20,000 nt of DNA, from the sequence record SRR20825019_647, one strand, 5' to 3'. The notes under the pieces were generated by a model. It was not told the origin of the DNA. It ran no database searches and saw nothing but the letters and a program-made list of their open reading frames with translations. The stretch's first letter is position 1, and each line of letters starts with the position of its first letter. A program made the translations under genes and the position numbers. Below are positions 1-7,478 of the stretch, piece after piece.

Positions 1-734
1 ACGAACACGCGGAACTCTGTTTGCTGATCGAAGGGAGCTGTCTTTTCAGTCTGGATCACGAAGCGGCGATGTTGACGGAAGGCGATCTGGTGGTGTGCCC
101 TGCCGGGCATTCTCACGCGGAGGCTTATGGTCGTTCGCGTCGCAGTTATCGGCTCGCCTGGTGGAGTCTTCACCCCGATGAACCGACTTTGCATATCACG
201 CGCTATACTCGGGAAATGGGATTTGCGCTGGATTACCAAATGAATCTTTCCGTGCTTCCGGCTGAGGCGCAGAAGCGTTTGGAGGGGTTGCGTAAAATGT
301 CGGCAGGGACGGCGGATCCGGTCGTGGATGGGTTGCGTGAGGCCCTGTTGACGCTGACTTTGGCCCTGTATCGACGGGTGCTGGATGGGGGTGAATCACA
401 ATTCGATACCCGTGCCCAACTGGTGCGACGCGCTGTGCAGTTTGTGCGCGGCGAATCGATGCGTCCGTTGTCCTTGGCCGACGTCGCGCGCGAAGTGCAT
501 GTATCGCCAAATTATCTCACGGCGCTCTTTCGTGCGGAGACGGGCCTGCCGCTCGGCCGATTCATTTTGGGAGAACGCATTACGCGGGCGCAAACGCTGC
601 TCCGCGAACCGGAGGCGAGTGTCAAGCGGGTGGCACACGAATTGGGCTTCGCGGATCCGTTTACGTTTAGCCGTGCTTTCAAACGCGTGACCGGCAAAGC
701 ACCCCGGGTCTGGTTGGCCAGTGCGGATGCATAA
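1..734 (+). CDS. AraC/XylS-family transcriptional regulator (N-terminal cupin-like sensor + C-terminal HTH), 5'-truncated by the window edge
   Basis: Frame is open from base 3 (EHAELCLLIEG...), so TTG 21 is unlikely to be the start. Cupin-like GDLVVCPAGHSH; C-terminal AraC signature SLADVAREVHVSPNYLTALFR...VAHELGFADPFTFSRAFKRVTGKAP. Confidence 0.93.
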   Translation, partial: EHAELCLLIEGSCLFSLDHEAAMLTEGDLVVCPAGHSHAEAYGRSRRSYRLAWWSLHPDEPTLHITRYTREMGFALDYQMNLSVLPAEAQKRLEGLRKMSAGTADPVVDGLREALLTLTLALYRRVLDGGESQFDTRAQLVRRAVQFVRGESMRPLSLADVAREVHVSPNYLTALFRAETGLPLGRFILGERITRAQTLLREPEASVKRVAHELGFADPFTFSRAFKRVTGKAPRVWLASADA

Positions 735-767
735 TAGGATTGTTGTCGGGCGATGAGGTGACCTAGT

Positions 768-776
768 TGTTACTCT
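768..776 (+). promoter_or_regulatory. Possible extended -10 promoter (TGtTACTCT) for the oxygenase gene
   Basis: TG-n-TAnnnT match 25 nt upstream of ATG 802; no good -35 seen. Confidence 0.35.
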
Positions 777-801
777 GCTTGAGCACCCCAGTCTTTTAAT
801 T

Positions 802-1701
802 ATGGAAACGTCTCCCGAACGCCCCTTTCCCGCGCTGACTCCCGCGCAACGGTATCACTTCGAAGTCAATGGTTACGTAGTCGTGCCCGACGTGCTGAGC
901 GCGACTGAATGTGCTTCGATTCGTGAGGCCCTACAGGCGACCAAGAGCGAAATCCGTTCACGTCCGGGGGATTATGAATTGAGCCCCGGTGAACCGCGCT
1001 TCATCACGGATCAACCTCACCATGTTTTTATGGGAGGCATTCTTCAGGATAACCCGCTCTACACCTCCTACGCGACCCATCCACGCTTGGTGGGGATGGT
1101 CGAAGAGGTGATTGGCGGCGCGGCGCGGATCGTGGAGATGAATGCGCACATCAATTCACGTGATCCCAAGTATGATCCGAACGAGAAACCCAAGTTTGGT
1201 TTTCACAACGGAATCGATGTGCCTTATGGCAGTCACACCAAGAATGGCTTGTTTCATTGCAGCTTTGTGAAAACGCTCACGAATCTCACCGATCTCGGAC
1301 CGGATGACGGTGGCACGGTGGTGGTGGCGGGGAGTCACAAGATTGATGTGCCGCTCAAGGAGATGATCGATGCGGGCTACGCCGATCCGAAATTGATTCA
1401 TCAGGTGATCGCACCAGCCGGATCGACGCTACTCTTCGCTGAGACCTTGATTCACGCGACCGGTCAATTGCGGAGTGAAAACGAGCGCGCGATCATCATT
1501 TGTGGTTATGGGACTTCGATGTATCCACATTGGGGCGAAGACGAATTGAGACCGGAGTTTGTGGCGACAATTCCGGCGCATCTGCATACCCTCTTTCAGG
1601 GCAAGGCCCATTGGACGCGCGGACCGAAATATCGCTCATTGGCGGAACCCGCGGATGCCAGGCATTTTACTTTAGCTGATGGCTGGCATGCCGGAAAATA
1701 G
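802..1701 (+). CDS. Phytanoyl-CoA dioxygenase (PhyH)-family Fe(II)/2-oxoglutarate-dependent enzyme with HxG instead of HxD
   Basis: LTPAQRYHFEVNGYVVVPDVLS N-terminus, HPRLVGMVEEVIG, LTDLGPDDGGTVVVAGSHK, AGSTLLFAETLIH (distal His218), ENER (Arg229, 2OG-binding position). The proximal motif is FHNGID (His135-Asn-Gly137). Confidence 0.9.
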   Translation: METSPERPFPALTPAQRYHFEVNGYVVVPDVLSATECASIREALQATKSEIRSRPGDYELSPGEPRFITDQPHHVFMGGILQDNPLYTSYATHPRLVGMVEEVIGGAARIVEMNAHINSRDPKYDPNEKPKFGFHNGIDVPYGSHTKNGLFHCSFVKTLTNLTDLGPDDGGTVVVAGSHKIDVPLKEMIDAGYADPKLIHQVIAPAGSTLLFAETLIHATGQLRSENERAIIICGYGTSMYPHWGEDELRPEFVATIPAHLHTLFQGKAHWTRGPKYRSLAEPADARHFTLADGWHAGK

Positions 1702-1784
1702 GAGCGTTTGCATGAGCGCCTCTGTCGCGCTCTAACTATGTGGCAACCCATGATTACATGCTGTTTACTCCCACCAGTGCTCGT

Positions 1785-1825
1785 GGATTGCCGCGTCTCT
1801 CGTTTTGCGGGATCCTCGCGATGAC
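1785..1825. repeat. Half copy of a ...CCTCGC(G/A)ATGAC palindromic element
   Basis: ggattgccgcgtc...cctcgcgatgac shares its 3' end with the right arm of the hairpin at 7348-7391 (ctcctcgcaatgac). Confidence 0.55.
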
Positions 1826-1843
1826 AAATCCCCGGACTCCGAG

Positions 1844-1906
1844 TGTAAGTTTCGACATGGCTTTGTAAGCCGGACTATTCCCGAAATTCGCCGCACCTGC
1901 TAATCT
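1844..1906 (+). promoter_or_regulatory. Putative activator-dependent promoter: TGTAAG direct repeats plus extended -10 (TGcTAATCT), near-leaderless start
   Basis: TGTAAG at 1844-1849 and 1864-1869 (20-bp period); TG 1898-1899 and TAATCT 1901-1906, 7 nt before ATG 1914; no SD and a poor -35. Confidence 0.5.
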
Positions 1907-1913
1907 TCAGAAC

Positions 1914-3239
1914 ATGAGTTCCAGCCCTACTTCCACGATTTCTCAACTTGCCCTCACCGGTGGCACCCGCCTCGGCGAAGTGACCTATTCAAAATTCCCG
2001 CATTTTTCAGAGAAGGCGATTGAACGTGTAGGACAGGTCTTGCGCGAAGGCAAGGCGGTCGGTTTGGGGCGTTTTCATTCGCCGGAGATCGCGGAGGCCG
2101 AGGAAACCATTTCCCAATATCACGGTGGCAATCACGTGCTGGCGTGCAGTTCCGGACATGCCGCGTTGCAGGGTGCCCTGGCTGGATTGGAGATCGCCTG
2201 TGGCGACGAAGTCATCACCACACCCTACACGTGGGGCGCTTCGATCTCCTGTATTCTTCATCAGAATGCGATTCCGGTTTTCGTTGATGTGGAACGCGAC
2301 ACCGGGCTGATCGATCCCGAACAAATTGAGGCTGCGATCACGCCCCGGACCAAGGCAATCCTCGCAGTGCATATTTTTGGGCAACCCGCCAATCTGCAAC
2401 GACTGCGTGAGATCGCCGATCAGCACCAATTGATGCTGATCGAGGATGGCAGCCAAGCGCACGGGGCCCGGGTGGGTGGCGTGCGCGTTGGTGATGTCGG
2501 TGATGCGGCCGGTTTCTCCTGCATGGGGGGGAAGGTTTTGCCCACGACCGAAGCCGGTTACTTGGTGACGCCGCATAAAAACGTTTTCTGGAAAGCGGCG
2601 ATGATTGGTCAGCACATGGGGCGTTCGCCCGAGAAGGATTTCCCCGATGAACTCCGTCCCTGGGTGGATTCACTCGTTTACACTTACCGCGTGACTCCTC
2701 TCAACGCGGTCCTCCTGACGGAACAATTCGGCCGGATCGACGGCTGGGTGGCCGAGCGCGCGCGTCATGCCAAGCTGTTCCGCGAGAAGATCGCGGGAGC
2801 GCAATTCATCAAGATGCCTGATTATGCGGAAGGCGTGGAACCGGTTTATCATTTGCTGACGATGAACTTCGATGCCGAAGCGGCCGGAGTCTCCCGTGAT
2901 ACCTTCGCCGCGGCCCTGAATGCCGAGGGCATGTTGGCCTTTGGATATGTGCCGTCCCCGATTCCGGATTGGAAACGTCTGCATTGGCAGGATTATGCGG
3001 GTCCCAAGGTATCCTGGCTCGCGGCGCTCGAAAAGGCGGGGGTGGATTACCGCGATATGGCGTTGCCAAACTGCCGCCATCGCGTGGCCAATTCGATCGA
3101 AACGCGTTTTGATTTTGTCGATCCGCAGGAAGGGATGATCGATCGGATGGCGGAAATCGTGCACAAGGTGGAATCGAATATCGACGCCTTGCGTGAACAC
3201 GAACGCGTCAATGGTCCGGCGAAATCCGCCGCCCGCTAA
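1914..3239 (+). CDS. DegT/DnrJ/EryC1/StrS-family PLP-dependent aminotransferase
   Basis: CSSGHAAL, GDEVITTPYTW, PVFVDVE, AAITPRTKAILAVHIFGQP, IEDGSQAHGA (PLP Asp/Gln), FSCMGGK (Schiff-base Lys). N-terminal LALTGG. Confidence 0.93.
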   Translation: MSSSPTSTISQLALTGGTRLGEVTYSKFPHFSEKAIERVGQVLREGKAVGLGRFHSPEIAEAEETISQYHGGNHVLACSSGHAALQGALAGLEIACGDEVITTPYTWGASISCILHQNAIPVFVDVERDTGLIDPEQIEAAITPRTKAILAVHIFGQPANLQRLREIADQHQLMLIEDGSQAHGARVGGVRVGDVGDAAGFSCMGGKVLPTTEAGYLVTPHKNVFWKAAMIGQHMGRSPEKDFPDELRPWVDSLVYTYRVTPLNAVLLTEQFGRIDGWVAERARHAKLFREKIAGAQFIKMPDYAEGVEPVYHLLTMNFDAEAAGVSRDTFAAALNAEGMLAFGYVPSPIPDWKRLHWQDYAGPKVSWLAALEKAGVDYRDMALPNCRHRVANSIETRFDFVDPQEGMIDRMAEIVHKVESNIDALREHERVNGPAKSAAR

Positions 3240-3240
3240 G

Positions 3241-4602
3241 ATGAAAGCAGGATTCGGCATCAGTGACATCACGCCCCGGCTCGGGGTGCAACTCGCGGGC
3301 TACGGACCGTATCGGAATCGTGCAGCCCAGGAGATTGTCGCGCGGCTGCACGCTCGCGCGCTGGTCATCCACCATGGACGGCAGCGTGGCGTGGTGCTGA
3401 GCTTGGAACTGGGTGGGACGACCCGGGAACTTACCGCCAGAATTCGTGCCGCCGTGGCCGCCCGCATCGGCGGTAAGGCGGAGGATGTTTTTGTCTCTTC
3501 CACCCACACTCACAGCGCTCCTTCAGTCGGAGGCATGGTCGGTTGGGGGGAGGCCGATATGATGTATTTGGAAACGCTGCCCGCACGGGCCGCTGAAGCC
3601 GCCGCGCGCGCTTCCGGGAATCTTACGGAAGTTGAATGGCGGCACGCGGAAGTGCCCTGCGAGGGCATCGCCGTGAATCGCGAAACGGACACGGGGTTTG
3701 CGTTGAACGAAAACTTTCAGGAGCGAATGAGTCCTGATTGGCGACCCGCTCATCCCGAACACACCGATCCGACCGTGCGCGTGCTCGCCGCCTTTTCCGG
3801 CGGAAAGCTGATCGGGATCCTGCATCACTTTGGGTGTCACCCGGTGGTCTATGGAGAGAAGACTGCGTCGATCCACGGCGACTATGCCGGCATGGCTTGT
3901 TTGGAGCTGGAGAAAAAACACGCCGGAGCGGTGGCGATGTTTTTTCCGGGCGCCCTTGGCGATATTAATCCCAAGCTGAATCACCGCGTGCCGAGCGAAT
4001 CGATCAAGGCACTGAAGGCGATTGCGCGTCAGTATAGCCGTGCGGTGCAGGGAGGCGTCAAAGCGGCGCAGGCGATCGAGGTGTCATCATTCAAGATGCT
4101 TCGGCAGGATACATCATTGGCGCGGAAGAAATGGTCGCGTCGCAGTGTTGAGCGACGGATCGCGGAGTTGGAGAAGCTATTTGCCGATCCAAAGATATCC
4201 GACGATCCGTTCACCGGAGGGTCGCCTCCCTTGTTGCATAATGGAATGGAGATGGCGCGTTTACAGGGTCTGCGCAAAGTTCTCTCTCAATTTCGCGGGG
4301 AACGTGCCCCGAACCCTGCCGTGTGCCTGCACGGTTTGCGGCTCGGTCCGGTTGTGCTCCTCGGCTGCGGATTGGAAGCCTATCACGGCTTGCTCGCCCC
4401 GGTGCTCAAAGGCTCACCTCACGATCATACCTGGCTCGTGAGTCTGGTGGGGGGCAATGGATACGCGCCCGATAAAGCAGCGCATCTACGGCAGGGCTAT
4501 TCGGGCGATTTTGTGCCCCTGATCTGCGGCGAATTACCCTTCGCCAAGGTGTATTCCGAACTGCCCAAGGCTTTGGTTAAGTTGGCGAAAAGCTTGGCCT
4601 AA
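3241..4602 (+). CDS. Neutral/alkaline ceramidase-like metallo-amidohydrolase
   Basis: ATG 3241 lies 1 nt after the aminotransferase stop (MKAGFGISDITP). Motifs LAGYG, LHARAL, SSTHTHSAP, NR, HHFGCHP, IHGDYAG, GALGDINP. No signal peptide. Confidence 0.85.
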   Translation: MKAGFGISDITPRLGVQLAGYGPYRNRAAQEIVARLHARALVIHHGRQRGVVLSLELGGTTRELTARIRAAVAARIGGKAEDVFVSSTHTHSAPSVGGMVGWGEADMMYLETLPARAAEAAARASGNLTEVEWRHAEVPCEGIAVNRETDTGFALNENFQERMSPDWRPAHPEHTDPTVRVLAAFSGGKLIGILHHFGCHPVVYGEKTASIHGDYAGMACLELEKKHAGAVAMFFPGALGDINPKLNHRVPSESIKALKAIARQYSRAVQGGVKAAQAIEVSSFKMLRQDTSLARKKWSRRSVERRIAELEKLFADPKISDDPFTGGSPPLLHNGMEMARLQGLRKVLSQFRGERAPNPAVCLHGLRLGPVVLLGCGLEAYHGLLAPVLKGSPHDHTWLVSLVGGNGYAPDKAAHLRQGYSGDFVPLICGELPFAKVYSELPKALVKLAKSLA

Positions 4603-4654
4603 TTCGTTCCCGCTAGGTCTGTTTCCGCGAAGCCCGCTTCGTCTAGGCCGGGAA

Positions 4655-4711
4655 GTAGCCACGAGCGTGAGCGAGTGGTGTTGCGTCTGCTCGCTCTCGC
4701 TCGCAGCTCAC
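4655..4711. repeat. GTAG-type REP-like imperfect palindrome
   Basis: Left arm gtagccacgagcgtgagcgagtgg pairs imperfectly with right arm ctgctcgctctcgctcgcagctcac; starts with the GTAG tetranucleotide. Confidence 0.55.
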
Positions 4712-4748
4712 GGGAGTTTGAAATGAGGGGGATGACTTTGAGCGCATG

Positions 4749-4779
4749 CCCCGCAGTTCGCGGCGGGGATCTTTTCTGA
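4749..4779 (+). terminator. Possible weak intrinsic terminator after the + strand enzyme block
   Basis: ccccgc-agttcgcg-gcgggg hairpin followed by atcttttct. Confidence 0.3.
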
Positions 4780-4849
4780 TTGGCGATGAGTAGTCCTTAG
4801 TTGGCGTCTGCAAACTTTGGATGGAACGAGTGCTCTGTTGGGCCTGAGA

Positions 4850-4884
4850 TTGACATTTGAATCAAAGTAAGACGAAGTAAGACG
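4850..4884 (+). promoter_or_regulatory. TA promoter/operator region
   Basis: TTGACA 4850-4855, inverted repeat tttga-a-tcaaa 4856-4866, perfect tandem repeat AAGTAAGACG x2 at 4865-4884 running into the GTG start. Confidence 0.55.
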
Positions 4885-5141
4885 TGCAAACAACACTCTC
4901 CAGTAAAGGACAATTGGTCTTGCCTGCGGAGGCCCGGCGCAAATTGCGATTAGCGCATGGGGAGAAGTTGAGTGTGGAGTTGAGGGAAGGAGGGGTCTTC
5001 CTCAGGCCCTTGGAAAAGACGGGTGCCTATCGTCGGACGCTTCATCCGGTTTCGGGGCTGCCCGTCATGCAGGCTGACGCGCGACCAACGAAAAAAGTTT
5101 CAGCGGCAGAGATTGCCCGACTTAACGCTGAGTTGCTGTGA
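4884..5141 (+). CDS. AbrB/MazE/SpoVT-family DNA-binding antitoxin (VapB-like)
   Basis: TTLSSKGQLVLPAEARRKLRL..GEKL swapped-hairpin signature; 85 aa; GTGA overlap with the downstream PIN gene. Confidence 0.9.
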   Translation: MQTTLSSKGQLVLPAEARRKLRLAHGEKLSVELREGGVFLRPLEKTGAYRRTLHPVSGLPVMQADARPTKKVSAAEIARLNAELL

Positions 5142-5542
5142 ATCAGGCCTATTTATTGGATGTCAATGCGCTGATCGGCTTAATGTGGGATGTGCATAGT
5201 TTGCATGGTCGGGCTCATGCCTGGTATGCGCAGGTAAAGCCGAAGGTGTTGGGTTGCGTGTTTACTGAGCTGAGTTTTATCCGTGTTTCCATGGCGGACA
5301 AAACGATTGCCGCCAGTTTCGGGGATGCGGAATTTGCGCTAGCTCAATTCACTAAGACTTTAGGTAATCGATACCGGTTTCTGACAGAATTACCTCCACC
5401 CTCGATTTTGCGGGAGACGGCCATTCGATCACACAAGGAAGTCAGTGATTATTATCTCTGCGAATTGGCTGTGAGTCACCGTGCGCGATTGGCGACTCTC
5501 GATGTGGGAATCAAACACCCGGCAGCCTTACTGATCGAGTAG
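5138..5542 (+). CDS. vapC: VapC-type PIN-domain ribonuclease toxin
   Basis: YLLDVNAL, TELSFIR, HKEVSDYYL..LA, LATLD give the PIN acidic quartet; translationally coupled to the antitoxin. Confidence 0.9.
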   Translation: MNQAYLLDVNALIGLMWDVHSLHGRAHAWYAQVKPKVLGCVFTELSFIRVSMADKTIAASFGDAEFALAQFTKTLGNRYRFLTELPPPSILRETAIRSHKEVSDYYLCELAVSHRARLATLDVGIKHPAALLIE

Positions 5543-5598
5543 GCGACTGATTGGCCGGGTTCAGCGAGGCCCGCAACCGTCTGGACTATTTTGATCGA

Positions 5599-5658
5599 GT
5601 GGGCTGCTCGGCATGCGAGCGCTGACGTGGGAGGAGCGCGAGCAAGTTCGCGGCCTAC
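5599..5658. repeat. Inverted pair of GTRG-type REP-like units (REPIN-like)
   Basis: + strand GTGG-gct-gctcg-gcatg-cgagc (5599-5620); - strand GTAG-gc-cgcga-acttgc-tcgcg (5658-5637). Each is GTRG plus a short hairpin, and they face each other between convergent genes. Confidence 0.55.
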
Positions 5659-5667
5659 GAAGAAGGC

Positions 5668-6648
5668 TCAGTTGTTCTGCAGTCGGTGACTGGCGTAGAG
5701 GGCGGCACCGCAGGAGACGCTGATGGCATCGAGCCGGGCGATTTTGATTTGAGTGTGCCCGCGCATCAATTCGGGCAATTCCTGTTCAACGCGCGGCGCG
5801 AGCTGTTCGAGCAGCCAAGGGAGTTTCGAGAGCCCCCCTCCGAGCACGAGCGTGCCGGGGGCGAGCAGGAGCGCTACTTTCACGATCGCGGCAGTGAGGT
5901 GATCGAGGAATTGCTCCGCCTGTTCGTTTGCAAACGTATCATCGGGCCAGGCGGCAAAGAGGAGTTTGGTGCGCTGACGCGGTTCGGCGTCGAGGATGGT
6001 CTGCATCAGTGGGGTGACGCGATCGCAGGAGCGAATCGTTTCGACCGCTCGTTCGCCGATGCCCCAACCGGAACAATAGGCTTCGACACAACCACGTTTG
6101 CCACAGGCGCAGGTCGCTCCTCGGGGCACGAGATTCACGTGGCCGATTTCGCCTTCGCCCATCGGGCCGCTGTCGAGAATATTGCCGTTCCAGATGATTC
6201 CTCCGCCCACGCCACTTCCCAGAGTCATGTAGAAATTCAGGCCTTCGGTTGAACCGGCGCCGAGATGCGCTTCGGCGAGTGCGGCGACGTTGCAGTCGTT
6301 TTCGATGTAGACAGGAGCATGGAGGGCCGCCTGGAGTTGGCTGGCCGGATCGGGAGAGACGGTTTCCCATCCGGATTCGTGGAAGTTGATCGCGGGGCGA
6401 TTGTGCTTTCGATCCACCTGTCCGCCAAACCCCCAACCGATCGCCGCAGCAGGTTCGCTTAAGCCGGCCTTCTCTTGCACGGCACGACCCAGATCAATGA
6501 GCTGGTTGAGCGTATCCTGCGCGGTGGCTCCGGCGGGACGCGAAACTTCGTGAGTCGCGAGTTGAATGAACTCGGAGTCGAGCACGGTGGCGGTGGCTTT
6601 GGTGCCACCGGTTTCCAATCCGAGATAGTAAGGAGCGTCGGCGCTCAC
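5668..6648 (-). CDS. ROK-family sugar kinase
   Basis: GLETGGTK, IENDCNVAALAE, TLGSGVGGG, GEIGH, CACGKRGCVE Zn motif; no N-terminal HTH. The likely start is GTG 6648, overlapping the SIS stop (GTGA); the ORF track start is 6660. Confidence 0.92.
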   Translation of the reverse strand: MSADAPYYLGLETGGTKATATVLDSEFIQLATHEVSRPAGATAQDTLNQLIDLGRAVQEKAGLSEPAAAIGWGFGGQVDRKHNRPAINFHESGWETVSPDPASQLQAALHAPVYIENDCNVAALAEAHLGAGSTEGLNFYMTLGSGVGGGIIWNGNILDSGPMGEGEIGHVNLVPRGATCACGKRGCVEAYCSGWGIGERAVETIRSCDRVTPLMQTILDAEPRQRTKLLFAAWPDDTFANEQAEQFLDHLTAAIVKVALLLAPGTLVLGGGLSKLPWLLEQLAPRVEQELPELMRGHTQIKIARLDAISVSCGAALYASHRLQNN

Positions 6649-7229
6649 TGTTCGTCCCACTCGGCCAGCTTCATATAATCATCCAGCCAGCAGTGGAGGA
6701 GAATCTGGTGGAGACATTCAACGGCACCGTAAGTTTTGCCGGGGATAAAGAAATTCACATCGCCGAGTTTGCGGGCGGGATTGCCTTCTTTGATGCCGGT
6801 CAGCGTGACGACCTTCATGTTCTTTTTGCGCGCAGCTTCGATGGCGGCGATAATGTTGGGCGAACCTCCTGAGCTGCTGATCGCGATGAGCAGATCACCT
6901 TCATGGCCGTGCCAACCGATGGGCGCGGCGAAAGTTTGATCGTAGCCGAGATCGTTGCCGAGGGCGGTGAGGCTGGCGATGTCGTTGAAGGCTGAGGCGC
7001 GAATGCCACCGTTTTTACAGCAATCCAGCGCCATGTGACTCGCCATGGTGGCACTGGCGCCATTGCCCGCGAAGTAGTGCACGTTGCCCGCCTCGTTCGT
7101 GGTGCGGGTCAGCTCCAACCATTGGTTGAAGCCTTCGGCGGGACCGACTTCCGTGCCGTCGAGCGTGGTCGCGCTGGTGCGACCCAGAATGTCGTTTAAA
7201 GTGGTGCGATATGAATCGAAGTAGCTCAT
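6645..7229 (-). CDS. SIS-domain sugar-phosphate isomerase, GmhA/DiaA-like
   Basis: FAGNGASATMASH, LTALGNDLGY, GDLLIAISSSGGSPNII, VVTLTG, VECLHQILLH; 194 aa single SIS domain. Confidence 0.88.
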   Translation of the reverse strand: MSYFDSYRTTLNDILGRTSATTLDGTEVGPAEGFNQWLELTRTTNEAGNVHYFAGNGASATMASHMALDCCKNGGIRASAFNDIASLTALGNDLGYDQTFAAPIGWHGHEGDLLIAISSSGGSPNIIAAIEAARKKNMKVVTLTGIKEGNPARKLGDVNFFIPGKTYGAVECLHQILLHCWLDDYMKLAEWDEQ

Positions 7230-7347
7230 GAGATAATGTTGTGAACCGATTGGTTACTTGGTGGCGACTGAAATTTGGAGATAAGTCGAACGTCCCGACA
7301 TTTTCCATGCAAAAATAGGAAAGCGTCAGCTTCTTAAAGGCATCGTT

Positions 7348-7391
7348 TGTCAATGCGAGGAGTCTGCGTCGCTGCGCTCCTCGCAATGACA
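7348..7391. repeat. Palindromic intergenic element (15-bp arms, 1 mismatch)
   Basis: tgtcaatgcgaggag - 14-nt loop - ctcctcgcaatgaca; resembles widespread GTCATTGCGAG...CTCGCAATGAC miniature palindromic elements. Confidence 0.7.
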
Positions 7392-7478
7392 GTCTTAACT
7401 CCTCGAGAACCTGCTCTTGGTATTAAGCCGACGATTCTCGCACGGTGAGGTGCGCGGCTTGGTGAAACTGAGGTTCGA

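Noticed and set aside
3193-3240. Upstream GTG start of the amidase ORF
   Set aside because: Overlaps the aminotransferase by 47 nt; ATG 3241 gives the family-typical MKAG..DITP start.
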